A DNA stretch of 64,000 nt from Chiloscyllium plagiosum (taxonomy: Eukaryota), in the NCBI RefSeq assembly GCF_004010195.1, contig NC_057720.1, forward strand, positions 29,727,631 through 29,791,630, in the 5' to 3' direction. The notes under the pieces were generated by a model. That model searched no databases. It worked only from the letters and a program-made list of their open reading frames with translations, and had not been told where the DNA came from. Position 1 is the stretch's first letter. Each line of letters begins with the position of its first letter. The translations under genes were made by a program, and so were the position numbers. Positions 1-13,890 of this stretch are shown here, piece after piece.

Positions 1-57
1 AATGAGTGTCACTGTTGAGCAGCCTACATTTATGACAATCAGTGTACATAGTTGATA

Positions 58-246
58 AGGTAAAAACAATGACTGCAGATGCTGGAAACCAGATTCTGGA
101 TTAGTGGTGCTGGAAGAGCACAGCAGTTCAGGCAGCATCCAAGGAGCTTCAAAATCAGGAATGAAGGGCTTTTGCCTGAAATGTCGATTTTGAAGCTCCT
201 TGGATGCTGCCTGAACTGCTGTGCTCTTCCAGCACCACTAATCCAG
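58..246. mobile_element. Palindromic PLE-terminus mini-element (family A)
   Basis: Perfect 61-bp inverted repeat 96-156/186-246; loop holds a decayed HHR (ATGAAGGGCTTTTGCCTGAAATGTC); flanked by GTACATAGTTGATA (44-57) and GTACATAGCTGATA (246-259), a 14-bp TSD with 1 mismatch; same terminus as 50906-51060. Confidence 0.85.
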
Positions 247-3200
247 TACATAGCTGATAGCATTAACTAGAAAGGGAATACTTATTTAATTCTGTGGAGA
301 TTCTTTTCATATTGTTAAAAACCTCAATGCTGCTGTGTGGCCACAAACATTGCCCTGAATCTGAAAACGGCTCCATTTAATAACTTATCCTTTTGAAGTG
401 ATCCATAAGCACTTGATAGGAGCTACTGCAAACTATCCTGGATTTCACATTGTCTCCAGAGTGAACTGTTCAGAGCAGTGTTTTTAATTAAGTGAAAGCT
501 TGAGCCGCAGTTGTTACAAATGTATCAAGTGAATCGATCAGAAACACTCTCTGCATCTTTTCTGCTTTGGCATCCCCCCAAATTCTGCCATCCCTGTGAC
601 TATGTTACCCCTCCTTACAGAGCAATGCTTGGCTCCAGTACCTCCCAGGCTCATACAACATTGAGTAACCTCTTAACCATCGGCTCCTCCACAGGCTGAC
701 CTGGATCTCAACTCCTAGCTGGTGCCATTGCTCCCTTTCTGTTCTTATGCAGCTTCCTCTCCATCTTAACTGGGAATCTGGAGCTATTGTGCCATCTCTC
801 ATTCACTCACACCTGGAGCAACTATTTGATCACCAATCTAATGTTATCCCTCCTCCATAAAACATCAACTCCGTCTCTGAGAAATTTCACCCTGTTTTAA
901 GTTTAATCACCAAGGCAGTCCCCACCTTCTCTTCATCTCCCTTTACAAAGATTGGTAATTGCAAATTTAATTTTCAGGCATTTAAACATTGAATCCCGTT
1001 CCCCTTTGGCTATAATGCCCCTCCTGATGCTGAAAAGCACTCCTCAATTTTAGGCATAGGTCTTCTTCTTAAACTAGGAGGAAGCTGGGTTGCATTTTTA
1101 TCGAAGGGTATTAGTTTACTGCAGAAAAAATGTAGTATCAATGTTGACTGCGATTAGATGAAACATATAATGGGATAAAACAAATGCAAATATAAAATAA
1201 TTACTGGTGATGCTTCTTTGCTGAACGAACAAGGTCAGTTGGCAAAGTGAACATAGAACATTATAGCGCAGTACAGGCCCTTCAGCCCTCAATGTCGCAC
1301 CGCCCTGTGAAACCAATCTGAAGCCCATCTAACCTACACTAGTCCATTCTCGTCCATATGCCTATCCAATGACCAATTAAATGCCCATAAAGTTGACGAG
1401 TCTACAACTATTGCAGGCAGTGCATTCTACACCCCTACTATCTCTGAGTAAAGAAACTACCTCTGACATCTGTTCAAATCTAACCATCACTATCGTTAGA
1501 AAAAGGCTCTCACTGTCCACCCGATCTAACCCTCTGTTTATCTTATATGTCTCAATTAAGTCACCCCTCAACCTTCTCAACCTTTCCTCAGGTCCCTCAA
1601 CCTTTCCTCATAAGACTTTCACTCCATACCAGGCAAGATCCTAGTAAATCTCCTCTGAACCCTTTCCAAGGCTTCCACATCTTACCTGTAGTGCCAAGAT
1701 CAAAACTGCACGCAATACTCAAAGTGCGGCTGAACCAGAGTTTTGTACATCTGCAGCATGACCTCATGGTTCCAAAACTCGATCTCTCTACTAATAAAAG
1801 CTAATATACCATATGCCTTCTTAATGGCCCTATCAACTTGGGTGACAACTTTGAAGGATCTACATACATGGACACCAAGATCTCTGCACATCCACACTAC
1901 CAAGAATCCTACCATTCATCCAGTTATTCCTTCGTGTTGCTCCTTCCAAAGTGAATCACCTCACACTTTTCTGCATTAAACTCCATTTGCCACCTCTCAG
2001 CCCAACTCTACAGCTTATTTATGTCCCTCTGTAATCTACAACATCCTTCCGCACTATCAATGACTGTACTGACCTTAGTATCATCCGTAAATTTACTAAC
2101 CCATCCTTCTATACCTTCATCCAGGTTGTTTATAAAAATGATGAACAGCAGCAGACCCAAAACAGATCCTTGCGATACACCATTAGTAATTGAACTCCAG
2201 AATAAATATTTCCCATCAACCCTCTGTCTTCTTTCAGTGAGCCATTTTCTGATCTAAACCGTTAAATCACCCTCAATCCATGCCTTCGCATTTTATGCAG
2301 TAGTTTACCATGGGGAACCTTAACAAATGCCATACTGAAATCCATATACACCACATCAAAGGCTTTAACCTCAGCTACCTGTTTGGTCACCTTCTGAAAG
2401 AACTCAATAAGGTTTGTGAGGCATGACCTACTCTTCACAAAACTGTGTTGATTATTCTGAATCAACTTATTTGTTTTGAGATGATTATAAATCCTATTTC
2501 TTATAACCTTTTCCAACACTTTACCCACAACCGAAGTGAGGCTCACTGGTCTATAATTACCAGGGTTGTCTCTACTCCCCTTCTTGAACAAGGTAACAAC
2601 GTTTGCTATCCTCCAGTCTTCTGGCACTATTCCTGTAGATAATGACGACATAAAGATCAAAGCCAAAGGATCTGTAATCTCCTCCCTGACTTCTCAGAGA
2701 ATCCTAGGATAAATCCCATCCAGCCCAGGGGATTTACCTACTTTCACACTTTCCAGAATTTCGAACAGCTCCTCCTTGTGAGCCTCAATCCCATCCAGTC
2801 TAGTAGCCTGTTTCTTAGTATTCTCCTCGACAACATTGTCTTTTTCCAGTGTGAATACTGATGAAAAATATGCATTTAGCACTTCCCCTATCTCCTCTGA
2901 TTCCATGCACAATGTCCCACTACTATCCTTGATTGGCCTTAATCTTACTCTAGTCATTCTTTTTTTCCCTTATATACCTATAGAAAGCTTCAGGGTTTTC
3001 TCTGATCCTATCCGCCAACCACTTCTCATGTCCCCTCCTCGCTCGTCTTTCTTTAGGTTTCCTGGCTACCTCGTAACTGTCAATTGCCCTAACTGCGCCT
3101 TCACATCTCATCCTAATAAGCCTTCTTTTTCCTCTTCACAAGAGATTCAACTTCCTTAGTAAACCACGGCTCCTGCACTTGTCAACTTCCTCCCTGTCTG

Positions 3201-3401
3201 ACACGTACATACGTATCAAGGACATCCAGTAGCTGTTGCTTGAGTAAGCTCCACATTTCAATTGTACCCATCCCCTGCAGTTTCCTTCCCCATCCTATGA
3301 TTCCTAAATCTTGTCTAATCACATTGTTATTGCCTTTCCCCCAGCTGCAGCTCTTGCTTTCTGGTGTATATCTATCCCTTTCCATTGCTAAAGTAAACAT
3401 A

Positions 3402-3727
3402 GCGGCACGGTGGCACAGTGGTTAGCACTGCTGCCTCGCAGCGCCAGAGACCCGGGTTCAATTCCCGCCTCAGGTGACTGACTGTGTGGAGTTTGCACGT
3501 TCTCCCCGTGTCTGCGTGGGTTCCCTCCGGGTGCTCCGGTTTCCTCCCACAGTCCAAAGATGTGCAGGTCAGGTGAATTGGCCATGCTAAATTGCCCGTA
3601 GTGTTAGGTAAGGGGTAAATGTAGGGATATGGGTGGGTTACGCTTCGGCGGGTCGGTGTGGACTTGTTGGGCCGAAGGGCCTGTTTCCACACTGTAAAGT
3701 AATCTAATCTAATCTAAAATCTAATCC
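3402..3727 (+). mobile_element. tRNA-derived V-SINE (HE1-like), full length
   Basis: A-box-like TGGCACAGTGG and B-box GGTTCAATTCC; V-domain GTTTGCACGTTCTCCCCGTGTCTGCGTGGG..CCCACAGTCCAAAGATGTGCAGG; CR1-like tail GGGCCGAAGGGCCTGTTTCC (cf. 10500-10521); (AATCT)n end. Confidence 0.9.
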
Positions 3728-5349
3728 AATAACTGAATTGTGGTCACTATCACCAAAGTGCTTGCCTACCTCCAAATCTAACACCTGGCCGGGTTCACTA
3801 CCCAGTACCATATCTAATGTGTCCTTGCACCTTATTGGCCTGTCTACATACTGTGTCAGAAAACCCTCCTGCACACAATGGACAAAGACTGACCCATCTA
3901 AAGTACTTGAACTATAGTATTCCCAGTCAATATTTGGAAAGTTAAAGACCCAATAACGACTAACCTGTCACTCTTGCTCCTATCAAGAATCATCTTTGCT
4001 ATACTTTCCGCTAAGTATCTGGAACTATTCGGAGGCCTATAGAAAACTCCCAACAGAGTAACCTTTCATTTTCTGTTTCTAATCTCAGCCCATACTACCT
4101 CAGTTGATGAGTCCGCAAATGTCTTTTCTGCAGCTGTATTAGTGTCCTTGACTAACAATGCCACACACCCCCACCTCTTTTACCATCCTCTCTGTTCTTA
4201 CTGAAACATCTAAATCCCAGAACCTGCAATATCCATTCCTGTCCCTGCTCCGCCCATGTCTCTGAAATGGGCACAACATCAAAATCCCAGGTACCTACCC
4301 ATGCTGCAAGTTCACCCACATTATTCCGGATGCTCCTGGCATTGAAATAGACACACTTCAAATCAACTTCTTGCTTGCCAGGGCTTTCTTGCAAGCCTGA
4401 AACCTTATTTCAGACCTCCCTACTCTTAACCTCCTCTATATTCGATCAACAATTTAGGTTCCCATTCCCCTACTGCATTAGTTTAAACCAACCCAAAGAG
4501 AATTAGCAAATTCCACACCCCACCTCCCGCCCCCCCCACCTCCTCCCAGCCCAGGATATTGGTACCCCTCCATTTCAGGAGCAGACCAACTTGTATGTAG
4601 AGGTCCCACCTCCCCCAGAAAGATCCCCAACTTGCCAGGAATCCAAAGCCCTCTCTCTTGCACCATCACTGTTGCCACGTGTTCAACTCTTCTTCCTATT
4701 CCTTGCCTCACTAGCAAGTGGCATGGGCAACAAATCAGAGATAACAACTCTGTTTTCCCTAGCTCTTAGCTTCCACCCTAGCTCCCTGAATTTCTGCCTT
4801 AAATCCCCATCTCCCTTCCTACCTATGTCATTGGTGCCTATGTGGACCATGACTTGGGGCTGCTCCCCCTCCCCCTCAAGGATCATGAAAACACTATCAG
4901 GGACATCATGAACCCTGGCACTGGGAGGCAACACACCAACTGTGTGTCTCTCTCATTCGCACAGAATCTCCTATCTGTCCCCCTAACTATGATGTCCCCA
5001 ATGACTAATGCTCTGCTCCTCTTCTCCCTTCCCTTCTGAGCAACAGGGACAGACTCTGTGCTAGAGACCTATGCCCCATTGCTTACCCCTGGTAAGTCGT
5101 TTCCTGCCCGAAACAATATCTAAAACTGTAGACTTGTTGTTGAGTGGAATAGCCACAGAGATCCCTGCACTGTCTGCCGGTTTCCTTTCCGTCCCCTGAC
5201 TGTAACCCATCTACCTTCTTTTTGTACCTGAGGTGTGACTTCCTCCCTGTAACTCGCCCGTCTCCTAAGATGATCCGAGGCTCATCCAGCTCCAGTTCCA
5301 GTTCCCTAACTCGGTTTTTGAGGAGCTCAAGTTGGGTGCATTTCCTGCA

Positions 5350-5594
5350 GACTGACTGTGTGGAGTTTGCACATTCTCCCCGTGTCTGCGTGGGTTTCCT
5401 CCGGGTGCTCCGGTTTCCTCCCATAGTCCAAAGATGTGCAGGGTCAGGTGAATTGGCCATGCTAAATTGTCCGTAGTGTTAGATAAGGGGTAAATGTACG
5501 GGTATGGGTGGGTTGCGCTTCGGCGGGTCGGTGTGGACTTGTTGGGCCGAAGGGCCTGTTTCCACACTGTAAAGTAATCTAATCTAATCTAATC
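5350..5594 (+). mobile_element. HE1-like V-SINE, 5'-truncated (no tRNA head)
   Basis: Near-identical to 3476-3717, with (AATCT)n tail; interrupts CR1 ORF1. Confidence 0.9.
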
Positions 5595-6330
5595 AGATGC
5601 GGTTAGCAGGGACACTAGTTGTGACCTTTACCTCCCATATTCTTCAGGAGGAACAGTCAACTGACCTAACCTCCATTCCAACTATTCTAAATTCCCATCG
5701 AGCCGACTAAAAACTCAAAGAAAATAAAAAAAGACTAAAGTCCTTACCAATCCAATGCCCGGAACATTTTTTATTGGTTAGAGGAAGAGGATTGGTGGGA
5801 GACACTGCCCAAGTAGTAATACGGGTAAAGCAACTACCCAAATATAAAGCGTCACTTACCCAGCAGTCCCGGGTCCACTCCTGCTCAGCATGTTCTCTGC
5901 CTATACACAAGGTAAATTTTAAGATTTTACTCCAACCCTCCCGTTGGGCCTCTGGTCCTCGCTGTCGCTCCTCCCACTGCAACTGCCACCAAGAAAAATC
6001 TAGAACTTCGAAACTAGAAACACCTCTGGGGATCAACAAGTGCAAGTGGCTATTAAGATGTCTTTCACTACACCTCATAAAGAAAACTACATCAATTTTC
6101 TTCAATGCCAATTATGTGAAGTTGGACGACAGTCCTCCTCTTTCTGAAGATTGACTGCAATGTCATCCAGACATTTCGTGCAGTCCTTCAACTACAATTC
6201 ATTCAGAAATATCCTTCCATGCAAATGTGAGAAATGGGAGGCATCAAACAGGAATAAACACATAGGAATATTTGAGCAATGACGGCCAGGGAAAGATTAC
6301 TCATACATACAGCCTGTCCTGCACTTTTAG

Positions 6331-7578
6331 AACTTATAACGTAGAACAGTATAGCACAGTACAGGCCCTTCAGCCCTAGGTGTTGTGCCAAACTTCTTTC
6401 CTACTCTAAACTCAAACTAACCAACATGCCCTTTACTTTACTTTACTATCATACATGTGCCTTTCTAAGAGTTGCTTAAATGTCCTGAATGTATCTGACT
6501 CTACTCCCACTGCTGGCAGTGCATTCCATGCACCCTGCACTCTCTACGTAAAGAACTGACCTCTGACATTTCCCCTAAACCTTCCTCCCCTAAACTTAGC
6601 TTAAAATTATGCCCCCTTATGATAGCCATTTCCGCTGTGAGAAAAAGTCTTTGGCTTTCCAGTCTATCTAGGCCTCTCATCATCCTGTACACCTCGATCA
6701 AGTCACCTCTCATCCTTCTTCACCCCAATGAGAAAAGCCTTCAACCTTTCTTCATAAGACATGCCCCAATCCAGGCAGCATCCTGGTAAATCTCCTCCGC
6801 ATCCTCTCTAAAGCTTCCACATCCTTCCTATAATGAGGTGACCAGAACTGAACACAATATTCAAAGTGTGGTCTAGCCAGATCTTTATAGAGCTGCAGCA
6901 TAACCTCATGGCTCTTAAACTCAACCCCACCGCAAATGAAAGCCAACACACTAATACGACTTCTTCATAACCCTTTAACTTTGGTGCCAACTTTGAGGGA
7001 TCTATGGATATGAACCCCAAGATCCCTCTGTTCCTCCACACTGCCAAGAATCCTGCCTTTAACCCTGTATTCTGCATTCAAATTTGACCTTTCAAAATGA
7101 ATTACTTCACACTTTTCCAGGTTGAAGTCCACCTGCCACTTATCAGCCCAGTTCTGCATCCTGTCAATGTCCCGTTGAAACCTATAAGAGACCTCCACAC
7201 TACCCACAACTCCAATAACCTTTATGTCATCAGCAAACTTACAAGCCATCTTTCCACTTCATCATCCAAGTCATTTATAACAATCACAAAGAGGAGAAGC
7301 CTCAGAACAGATCCCTGCAGAACACCACTGGTCATCGAGCTCCAGGCTAAATACTTTCCATCTACTACCAACCTCTGTCTTCTACGGCCAGCCAATTCTG
7401 TATCCACACAGCCAGATTTCCCTGCCTCCTTACTTTCTGAATGATCTACCATGGGGAACCTTAACAAACACTTGCTAAAATCCATATACACCACATCCAC
7501 TACTCTATCTTCATCAATGTATTTTGTCACATCCTCAAAGAATTCAAAAAGGCTTGTGAGGCATGACCTGCCCCCTCA
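6331..7578 (-). mobile_element. CR1 LINE 3' fragment
   Basis: DVVYMDFSK, SGVLQGSVL..LFVIVINDLD, KFADDIK, PHFEYCVQFWSPHYRKDVEALER, RGDLIEVY; CR1 3' UTR near 6340-6400. Confidence 0.9.
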
Positions 7579-7624
7579 CATAGATGTGATGATTTGTGCA
7601 ATACAATACACACATGACACAAAA

Positions 7625-8390
7625 AATCGGAAAGAACAGCAGATCCTGCAAACAGTCAAAAACAGAAATAGCTGGAAAAACTCAGCAGGACTGGCAGCAT
7701 CTGGAAGAGAAAGCAGAATTAAAGTTTCGGGTCCACTGATCCTCTGTCAGAAGTGATGGTAGATAGGAAAAGGTTGATATTTATGCAGAAGATGGGCTTG
7801 GGGGAAGGGGGAGAAGTAAACATTAGATGGAGATGGAGATGGACCACAGAGAGAGAAAAGCAATTGGACTGACAAGTTCAGCCTGGGACAATGAATAGCT
7901 GCTAATGGGGACTAATGGAAGCTGACACTGGGTTGTGTGTGGTAGCAGCACATGTGGGCGGCACGGTGGCACAGTGGTTAGCACTGTTGCCTCACAACAC
8001 CAGAGATCCGGGTTCAATTCCCGCCTCAGATCTAATCTAATCTAATATGTAAGAACAAGACCTGGTGAGTGAAGGTTGAGATAAGGAGATGGGAGAAAGT
8101 GCTCAATCCCTAAAATTGCTGAACTCGATATTGAGTCCAGAAGGCTGAAGAATTCCCAAGGGGAAAATGAGGTGCTGTCCTTCTAGCTTGCACAGAGCTT
8201 CACTGGAGCACTGCAACAGACCGAGACAGAGATGTTGGCATGGAAACATGGTGGTGTGTTGAAGCTCAAGGTCATGTTTGCAGACAGAACATAAGTGTTC
8301 TCCAAAGCAAACACGCAGTTCTCCTTGTTTCACCAATGTAGAGGAGACCACATTGTGAGCAACGAATATAGTGGACTAGTACAGTAGACA
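7625..8390 (-). mobile_element. Penelope-like element 3' part (family C): GIY-YIG C-terminus plus terminal repeat with decayed HHR
   Basis: Minus YIRCSQCGLLYIGETRR / CFGEHL / HLIFPLGILQPSGLNIEFSNF; terminus with minus GGATCAGTGGACCCGAAAC near 7722-7750. Confidence 0.8.
7956..8046 (+). mobile_element. HE1-like SINE reduced to tRNA head fused to (TCTAA)n tail
   Basis: Matches 3402-3473, then directly ATCTAATCTAATCTAAT; ATGT on both sides. Confidence 0.85.
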
Positions 8391-9297
8391 ATGCATACGC
8401 TCTCCACCCAACTAGAAACCATACCAACCCCAGGGAAAGACAAAAATCCAAATAAGTTATGGCAAAATTTTCCAGAAAATCCCTTTCCAAAACCTTTAAA
8501 TATTCAAAACCAATTAGGAGACAATTGTGGTCCCGATAACATTGTGAACATTCAGATATTGATTCCAACTTTCGTCAACATAAAGGCAGGGTTAAGATTA
8601 TATGGTGGTTTGAACTCAGATTATTTACATAACATATTAACTCTCAGTGCACATGATCTGAACGTTTGCTATAAATTCTGTGTTCTATGATCTGCCCCAC
8701 TAGCAGCACCCCGAAAACTTGTATTCCCAAATAAATCTGTTGGACAATAGCCTGGTGTTGTGTGATTTTGAACTTTGCCCACCCCATTCCAACACCGGGA
8801 CCTCCATATCATGACTACAATTGAAACCATCAATTGCAGGCTCGATGTGGAGAGGATCTCCTAGAAAATCGTGCATATCGACACAGACATCAAGTTTCTG
8901 CAGAAATACAAGAAAGCAGGAAAGATCCCAAAAGCACTATAGGTCACAAACCCACTCAAGTCAACCTATAACAGAAACTACACTGAGAGACTTTGCCATC
9001 ATACTTCTCGCAAACTCCTCAATCATCTCATATACTAACTCTACTCAGGCGTTATAACCTTGAAATCAAGATAGAGTCCATATACTCAGCTTGCGCTCAA
9101 GATACAGCAGTACAGTTGCGAGATGCTGCCAAGCAGATGAGGTGACTCAACCACACCACCTACATGCTCACCAAGAACAAGAAACTAGAGAAACTTGGCA
9201 TCACCACCAACAGAAGCCAAGCCTCCCCTGGCACCACAGTTGAAAACGGTATCACCATGGGGAAATCTATCATCAATTTATCGAACCACACCCTTCA

Positions 9298-10546
9298 AAG
9301 CTTGATTGAGTTTTTTGAAGCAGTAACAAAGGGGATTGATGAGGGCAGAGCGGTAGATGGGATCTATATGGACTTCAGTAAGCCATTCGACAAGGTTCCC
9401 CATGGGAGACTGGTTAGCAAGTTAGATCTCACGGAATACAGGGAAAACTGGCGATTTAGATACAGAACTGGCTCAAAAGTAGAAGACAGAGGGTGGTGGT
9501 GAAGGGTTGTTTTTCAGACTGGAGGCCTGTGACCAGTGGAGTGCCACAAGTATCGGTGCTGGGTCCTCTACTTTTCATCATTAATATAAATGATTTGGAT
9601 GTGAGCATAAGAGGGAAAGTTAGTAAGTTTGCAGGTGACACCAAAATTGGAGGTAGAGTGGACAGCGAAGAGGGTTACCTCAGATTACAACAGGATCTTG
9701 ATCAGATGGGCCAATGGGCTGAGAAGTGACATATGGTGTTTAATTTAGATAAATGTGAGGTGCTGCATTTTGGGAAAACAAATCTTAGCAGGACTTATAC
9801 GCTTAATGGTAAGGTCCTAGGAAGTGTTGCTGAACAAAGAGATCTTGGAATGCAGGTTCATAGCTCCTTGAAAGTGGAGTCGCAGATAGGTAGGATAGTG
9901 AAGAAGGCATTTGATAGGCTTTCCTTTATGGTCAGAGTACTGAGTACAGGAGTTGGGAAGTCATGTTGCAACTGTACAGGACATTGGTTAGGCTGCTGTT
10001 GGAATGTTGCGTGCAATTCTGATCTCTTTCCTATCGAAAATATGTTATGAAACTTAAACGTATTCAGAAAAGATTTACGAGGATGTTGCCAGGGTTGGAG
10101 GATTTGAGCTATAGGGAGAGGTTGAATAGGCTAGGGCTATTTTCCCTGGAGTGTCGGAGGCTGAGGGGTGACCTTATAAACGTTTATGAAATCATGAGGG
10201 GCATGGATAGGATAAATAGACAAAGTCTTTTCTCTGGAGTTGGGGAGTCCAGAACTAGAGGGCATAGGTTCAGGGTGAGAGAGGAAAGATATAAAAGAGA
10301 CCTAAGGGGCAATGTTTTCACGTGGAGGGTGGTACGTGTATGGAATGAGCTGCCAGAGGAAGTGGTGGAGGCTAGTACAATTGCAACACTTAGGAGACAT
10401 CTGGATGGGTATATGAATAGGAAGGGTTTGGAGGGATATAGACCTGGTGCTGGCAGGTGGGACTAGATAGGGTTGGGATATCTGGTCGGCATGGACGAGT
10501 TGGACTGAAGGGTCTGTTTCCATGCTGTACACCTCTATGACTCTAT
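9298..10546 (+). mobile_element. CR1 (HER1-like) 3' fragment inserted in the PLE
   Basis: LIEFFE..IYMDFSKPFDKVPH, SGVPQ, KFAGDTK, RRLRGDLI; tail CTCTATGACTCTAT. Confidence 0.92.
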
Positions 10547-12117
10547 AACTGGAAGAAATTGAAGTTCTCAGCCGAAGGCTCAATTTCTGCCCCACCACGA
10601 AAATGGACACCTTTGGGTCTTGTGGCAGACACAGAGGAATTCATCAGACAAATGAGACTCCAGGAGTTCTTCCAAGATATCAGCAGCAAGGCCAATGAGA
10701 CAACAGATGAACCAAAATAGTCATCAGAGAGATCCATAGTGGACCAACCAAAGAAGGAGTCAATTTGGACACCTCTGGAGGGCCAATCCCCTGGGCTTCC
10801 CATGTCCACTCAAACCATCAGGAAATGTGTAAATGCCAGATTCATCACCTGCACTCACAAGGTAGAGCAAAACATCACCCGATCACAACGCAATGCCATC
10901 CATGCTCTCAAAACCAATTGCAACATTGTCATCAAACCAGCATTCAAAGGAGGAGCCATTGTCATTCAGAATAGAACGGAGCACTCCAAGGAGGTATACC
11001 GACAACTATCAGTCGAATCGACCAAAGAACACACCTGTGAACTAAACAGATCGATCAAGACTTTTGATCCAATCCTTCAGTGTACTCTACGCACTCTCAT
11101 CCCACATACTTCTCACATGCCTCTACTGCCTTCCGAAGATATACACAAAGCCAACACACCAGGACATCCCATCGTATCAGACGATTGGACCCTGTGTTAG
11201 AACCTCTCTGGCTATCTTAAGGGCATCTTGAAACTCATTGTACAGGGGACCCCCAACTTCTGTCATGACACTACAGATTTCTTAGAGAAATTCAGCATCC
11301 ACGGACCAGTCAAACTAGGAACATTCCTTATCACAATGGAGATTTTCACACTCTACACCAGCATTCCCGATGATGACACCATTGCTGCAGCAACCTGGGC
11401 ACTCAATATTAACAACTGCCAATCTCCGTCCACCATCCCACAACTATCTGCTTCATCCTCGACCACAGCGTCTTCACCATTGACAACCAGTTCTTCATCC
11501 AGACACATAGAACAGCCATGGGGACCTAATTTGCACCCTAATATGCCAATATGTTCATGCATAAGTTTAAACAAGACTTCTTTGCAGCACAGGACCTCCA
11601 ACCAACACTACACCAGATATATTGATGACATTTCCTTCCCCTGGACCTATAATGAGAAGTCACTGAAAGAACTACATAATGATATCGACAAGTTTCAACC
11701 CACCATCATACTCACCATGGACTACACTTTAGATTCAGTCCTATTCTTGGACACACGTATCTCCATCAAGGACAGGAACATCAGTGCCTACTGCAAGCTC
11801 ACGGGTATCCTCACAATGCTGCACTTCTCTAGCTTCCACCCTAAGCATATTAAAACAGCCATTCCCTATGGACACACCCTCCACATAAACAGGATCTGTT
11901 CAGAAGAGTAGGAATGCGATGGACACCTGAAGGTGCTGAAGGACACCCCTCATAAGAACAGAGTATGATGCTCAACTCATCGATCGCAGTTCCAACATGC
12001 CACAGCGAGAAACCATAATGACCTTCTCAGGAGGCAGACAAGGGATATGGCATATAGAGTACCCTTCGTTGGCCAATACATCCTGGGAGTGGAGAAACTA
12101 CACCATGTTCTTCGCAC

Positions 12118-12628
12118 TTGCTAGTCCAATAAAACTCCCAATTAAGATTTACAAAACAAAACTTCTTATCTCAAAATCAGGCAGCTTTCAGTTCTTCTAT
12201 TTGGATCTTCCTGTGCCTTCTTTTCTTCTTCTTAGGGATTTCTGCTTCACAGGTTACTGATCAAAAAATGGCACCCTTTAAGAGAGCTATTTTTCAGGCA
12301 GTTTACATGCTGGGGCTTGACAGTTCTCCTCCCAAATGTTCAATTTTCCCCGGCCTTATACCCTAGAGCATCGGATTGTGTAACTGGCTTTTAAGATTGT
12401 CAATATACTCAATTCAACCTTTATTAGATTTTTTTGTTCTTTTCTATTTTTCGGGAATCTAAACTGATTGTCCTAATTCAAATCTTTTTTTTTGGTGTTT
12501 CCACACAACAAGCTAATCGATTTGTTCGACCAAGTGTTGCATTGTTACCTTATTGAGAACACTTGGTGCTGTGTCTGGTAGTTCTGCTGCTTTTAACTCT
12601 CTTAAAGTACACCCGTATCTTCATAACA
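12118..12628 (-). mobile_element. Probable LTR fragment inserted between PLE RT and endonuclease
   Basis: Non-PLE, T-rich insert interrupting the coding region; minus strand starts TGTTATGAAGATACGGGTGTACTTTAAGAG (TG start as in LTRs). Confidence 0.4.
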
Positions 12629-13179
12629 CAGAAAATTGCCCAGCCTTCACGACGACATCGACCACAGCACCATACAACCTTGTCATGGCAACCACTGCAA
12701 GATGTGTCAGAGTGTCGACATGGATCCTACCATTACACATGGGGATATCCAATGTTGTCTATCTCATATGGTGCAGGCAAGGATGCCCCGAGGCTTAGTA
12801 TGTTGGTGAGGCCAAGTAGACGCTACAACAGTAGATGAAGGGACACTGCGCAGCAACCACCTGATGAAGGAGCAGCGTTCAAAAAGCTAGTGCTTCCAAA
12901 TAAACCTGTTGGACTATAACCTGGTGTTGTTACAACAATTGCCAGCCAGGAATGTTCCCTCCCAGTCTGGGAACACTTCAGCAGTCAAGGACTTTCGTCC
13001 TTAGATCAGTGCTGAATGTGCCTGAATCGATTAGGTGACTGTCCTCCAAGATGGATATTGTGATACACAACAACGCAGAGTCACTGAGCAGAAGCTAATA
13101 GTCAAGTTTGGTACACATGAGGATGGCATAACCAGGCTCTTAGGTTCATGTCACACTACAGGTGACCTCACTACACAAT

Positions 13180-13353
13180 ACACTCTCACACGTACACATG
13201 CACTCTTACACATGACCACACTCACACAGACCCTCTTTCATACACACCTCACACTCATGCACACAACCTCTCACTGGCATATACTCTGCCACACTAGCGC
13301 ACACGCTCTATAAAGCATGCACACACTCACACAAACACACACAGACACACACA

Positions 13354-13388
<35 letters not shown>

Positions 13389-13447
13389 CCTCACACACAT
13401 ACACACACACGCACACGCACATACACACACGCACGCATAAACACACA
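13180..13447. repeat. Compound (CA)n/(TGTC)n/(TC)n microsatellite within the PLE 3' region
   Basis: Directly visible. Confidence 0.9.
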
Positions 13448-13855
13448 TAGGTCTATGGGGTGAATTTGCATTTGCAGATTTGTATTTGCAAATATATTCT
13501 ATTTTGTTCTAAAAGCACACTATCTGTAGGCAGTCAGTCCATGTGACATTTCAATAATTTTTACTTTGGAAATAGAACCAATCTGATTCAAGTCTGGGAT
13601 ACAGACAGACTCTCACACCTTTAATGCATTGTCTGAACTGAGATGTCACTCTTTTTTATAAAACCTTAGTTATCTCGGGAATGTGACTTGAAAGACGTTC
13701 TGGGATTTACATATTAATGAATCGAAACCTGCAACCCCATTCTAAGTGATTAAAGACTTAACAGCAATCTCGGTTTGTTCAATATATCGCATCAGTTGTA
13801 TGACACTCTGGTCTTTTACTATAAATTCTATGTCCTATGATCCTGCTCCACTAAC

Positions 13856-13890
13856 TACCTGATGAAGGAGCAGCACTCTGAAAGCTACTA
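13856..13890 (+). ncRNA. Minimal hammerhead ribozyme motif (family B), core intact, stems partly eroded
   Basis: CTGATGA-AGGAGCAGCACTCT-GAAAGCTA at 13859-13887. Confidence 0.6.

Larger units (their letters stand above)
1250..5900 (-). mobile_element. CR1 (HER1-like) LINE, near full length, decayed, with two SINEs inserted
   Basis: Minus ORF fragments in the expected order: ORF1 Cys motif (CRKCTQLELL), ORF1 SGNH-esterase motif (VMVHIGTNDIG, 4683-4934), APE endonuclease (YFNARSIRN..ISETW, 4152-4394), RT (KSPGLDGIYPRIL; NYRPVSLTSVVGKVLE; DVVYMDFS), C-terminus (PHFEYCVQF; RRLRGDLIETYKI); many stops and frameshifts. Confidence 0.92.

Noticed and set aside
39..270. Two overlapping ORFs on opposite strands with near-identical peptides
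   Set aside because: Artefact of the 61-bp palindrome; not coding
3402..3473. tRNA-like sequence with A and B boxes (also 7956, 27905-27979, 50414)
   Set aside because: SINE heads continuing into V-domain or SINE tail, not tRNA genes
3372..3692. Repeated peptide MWKQALRPNKSTPTRRS in three ORFs
   Set aside because: Antisense translation of the SINE
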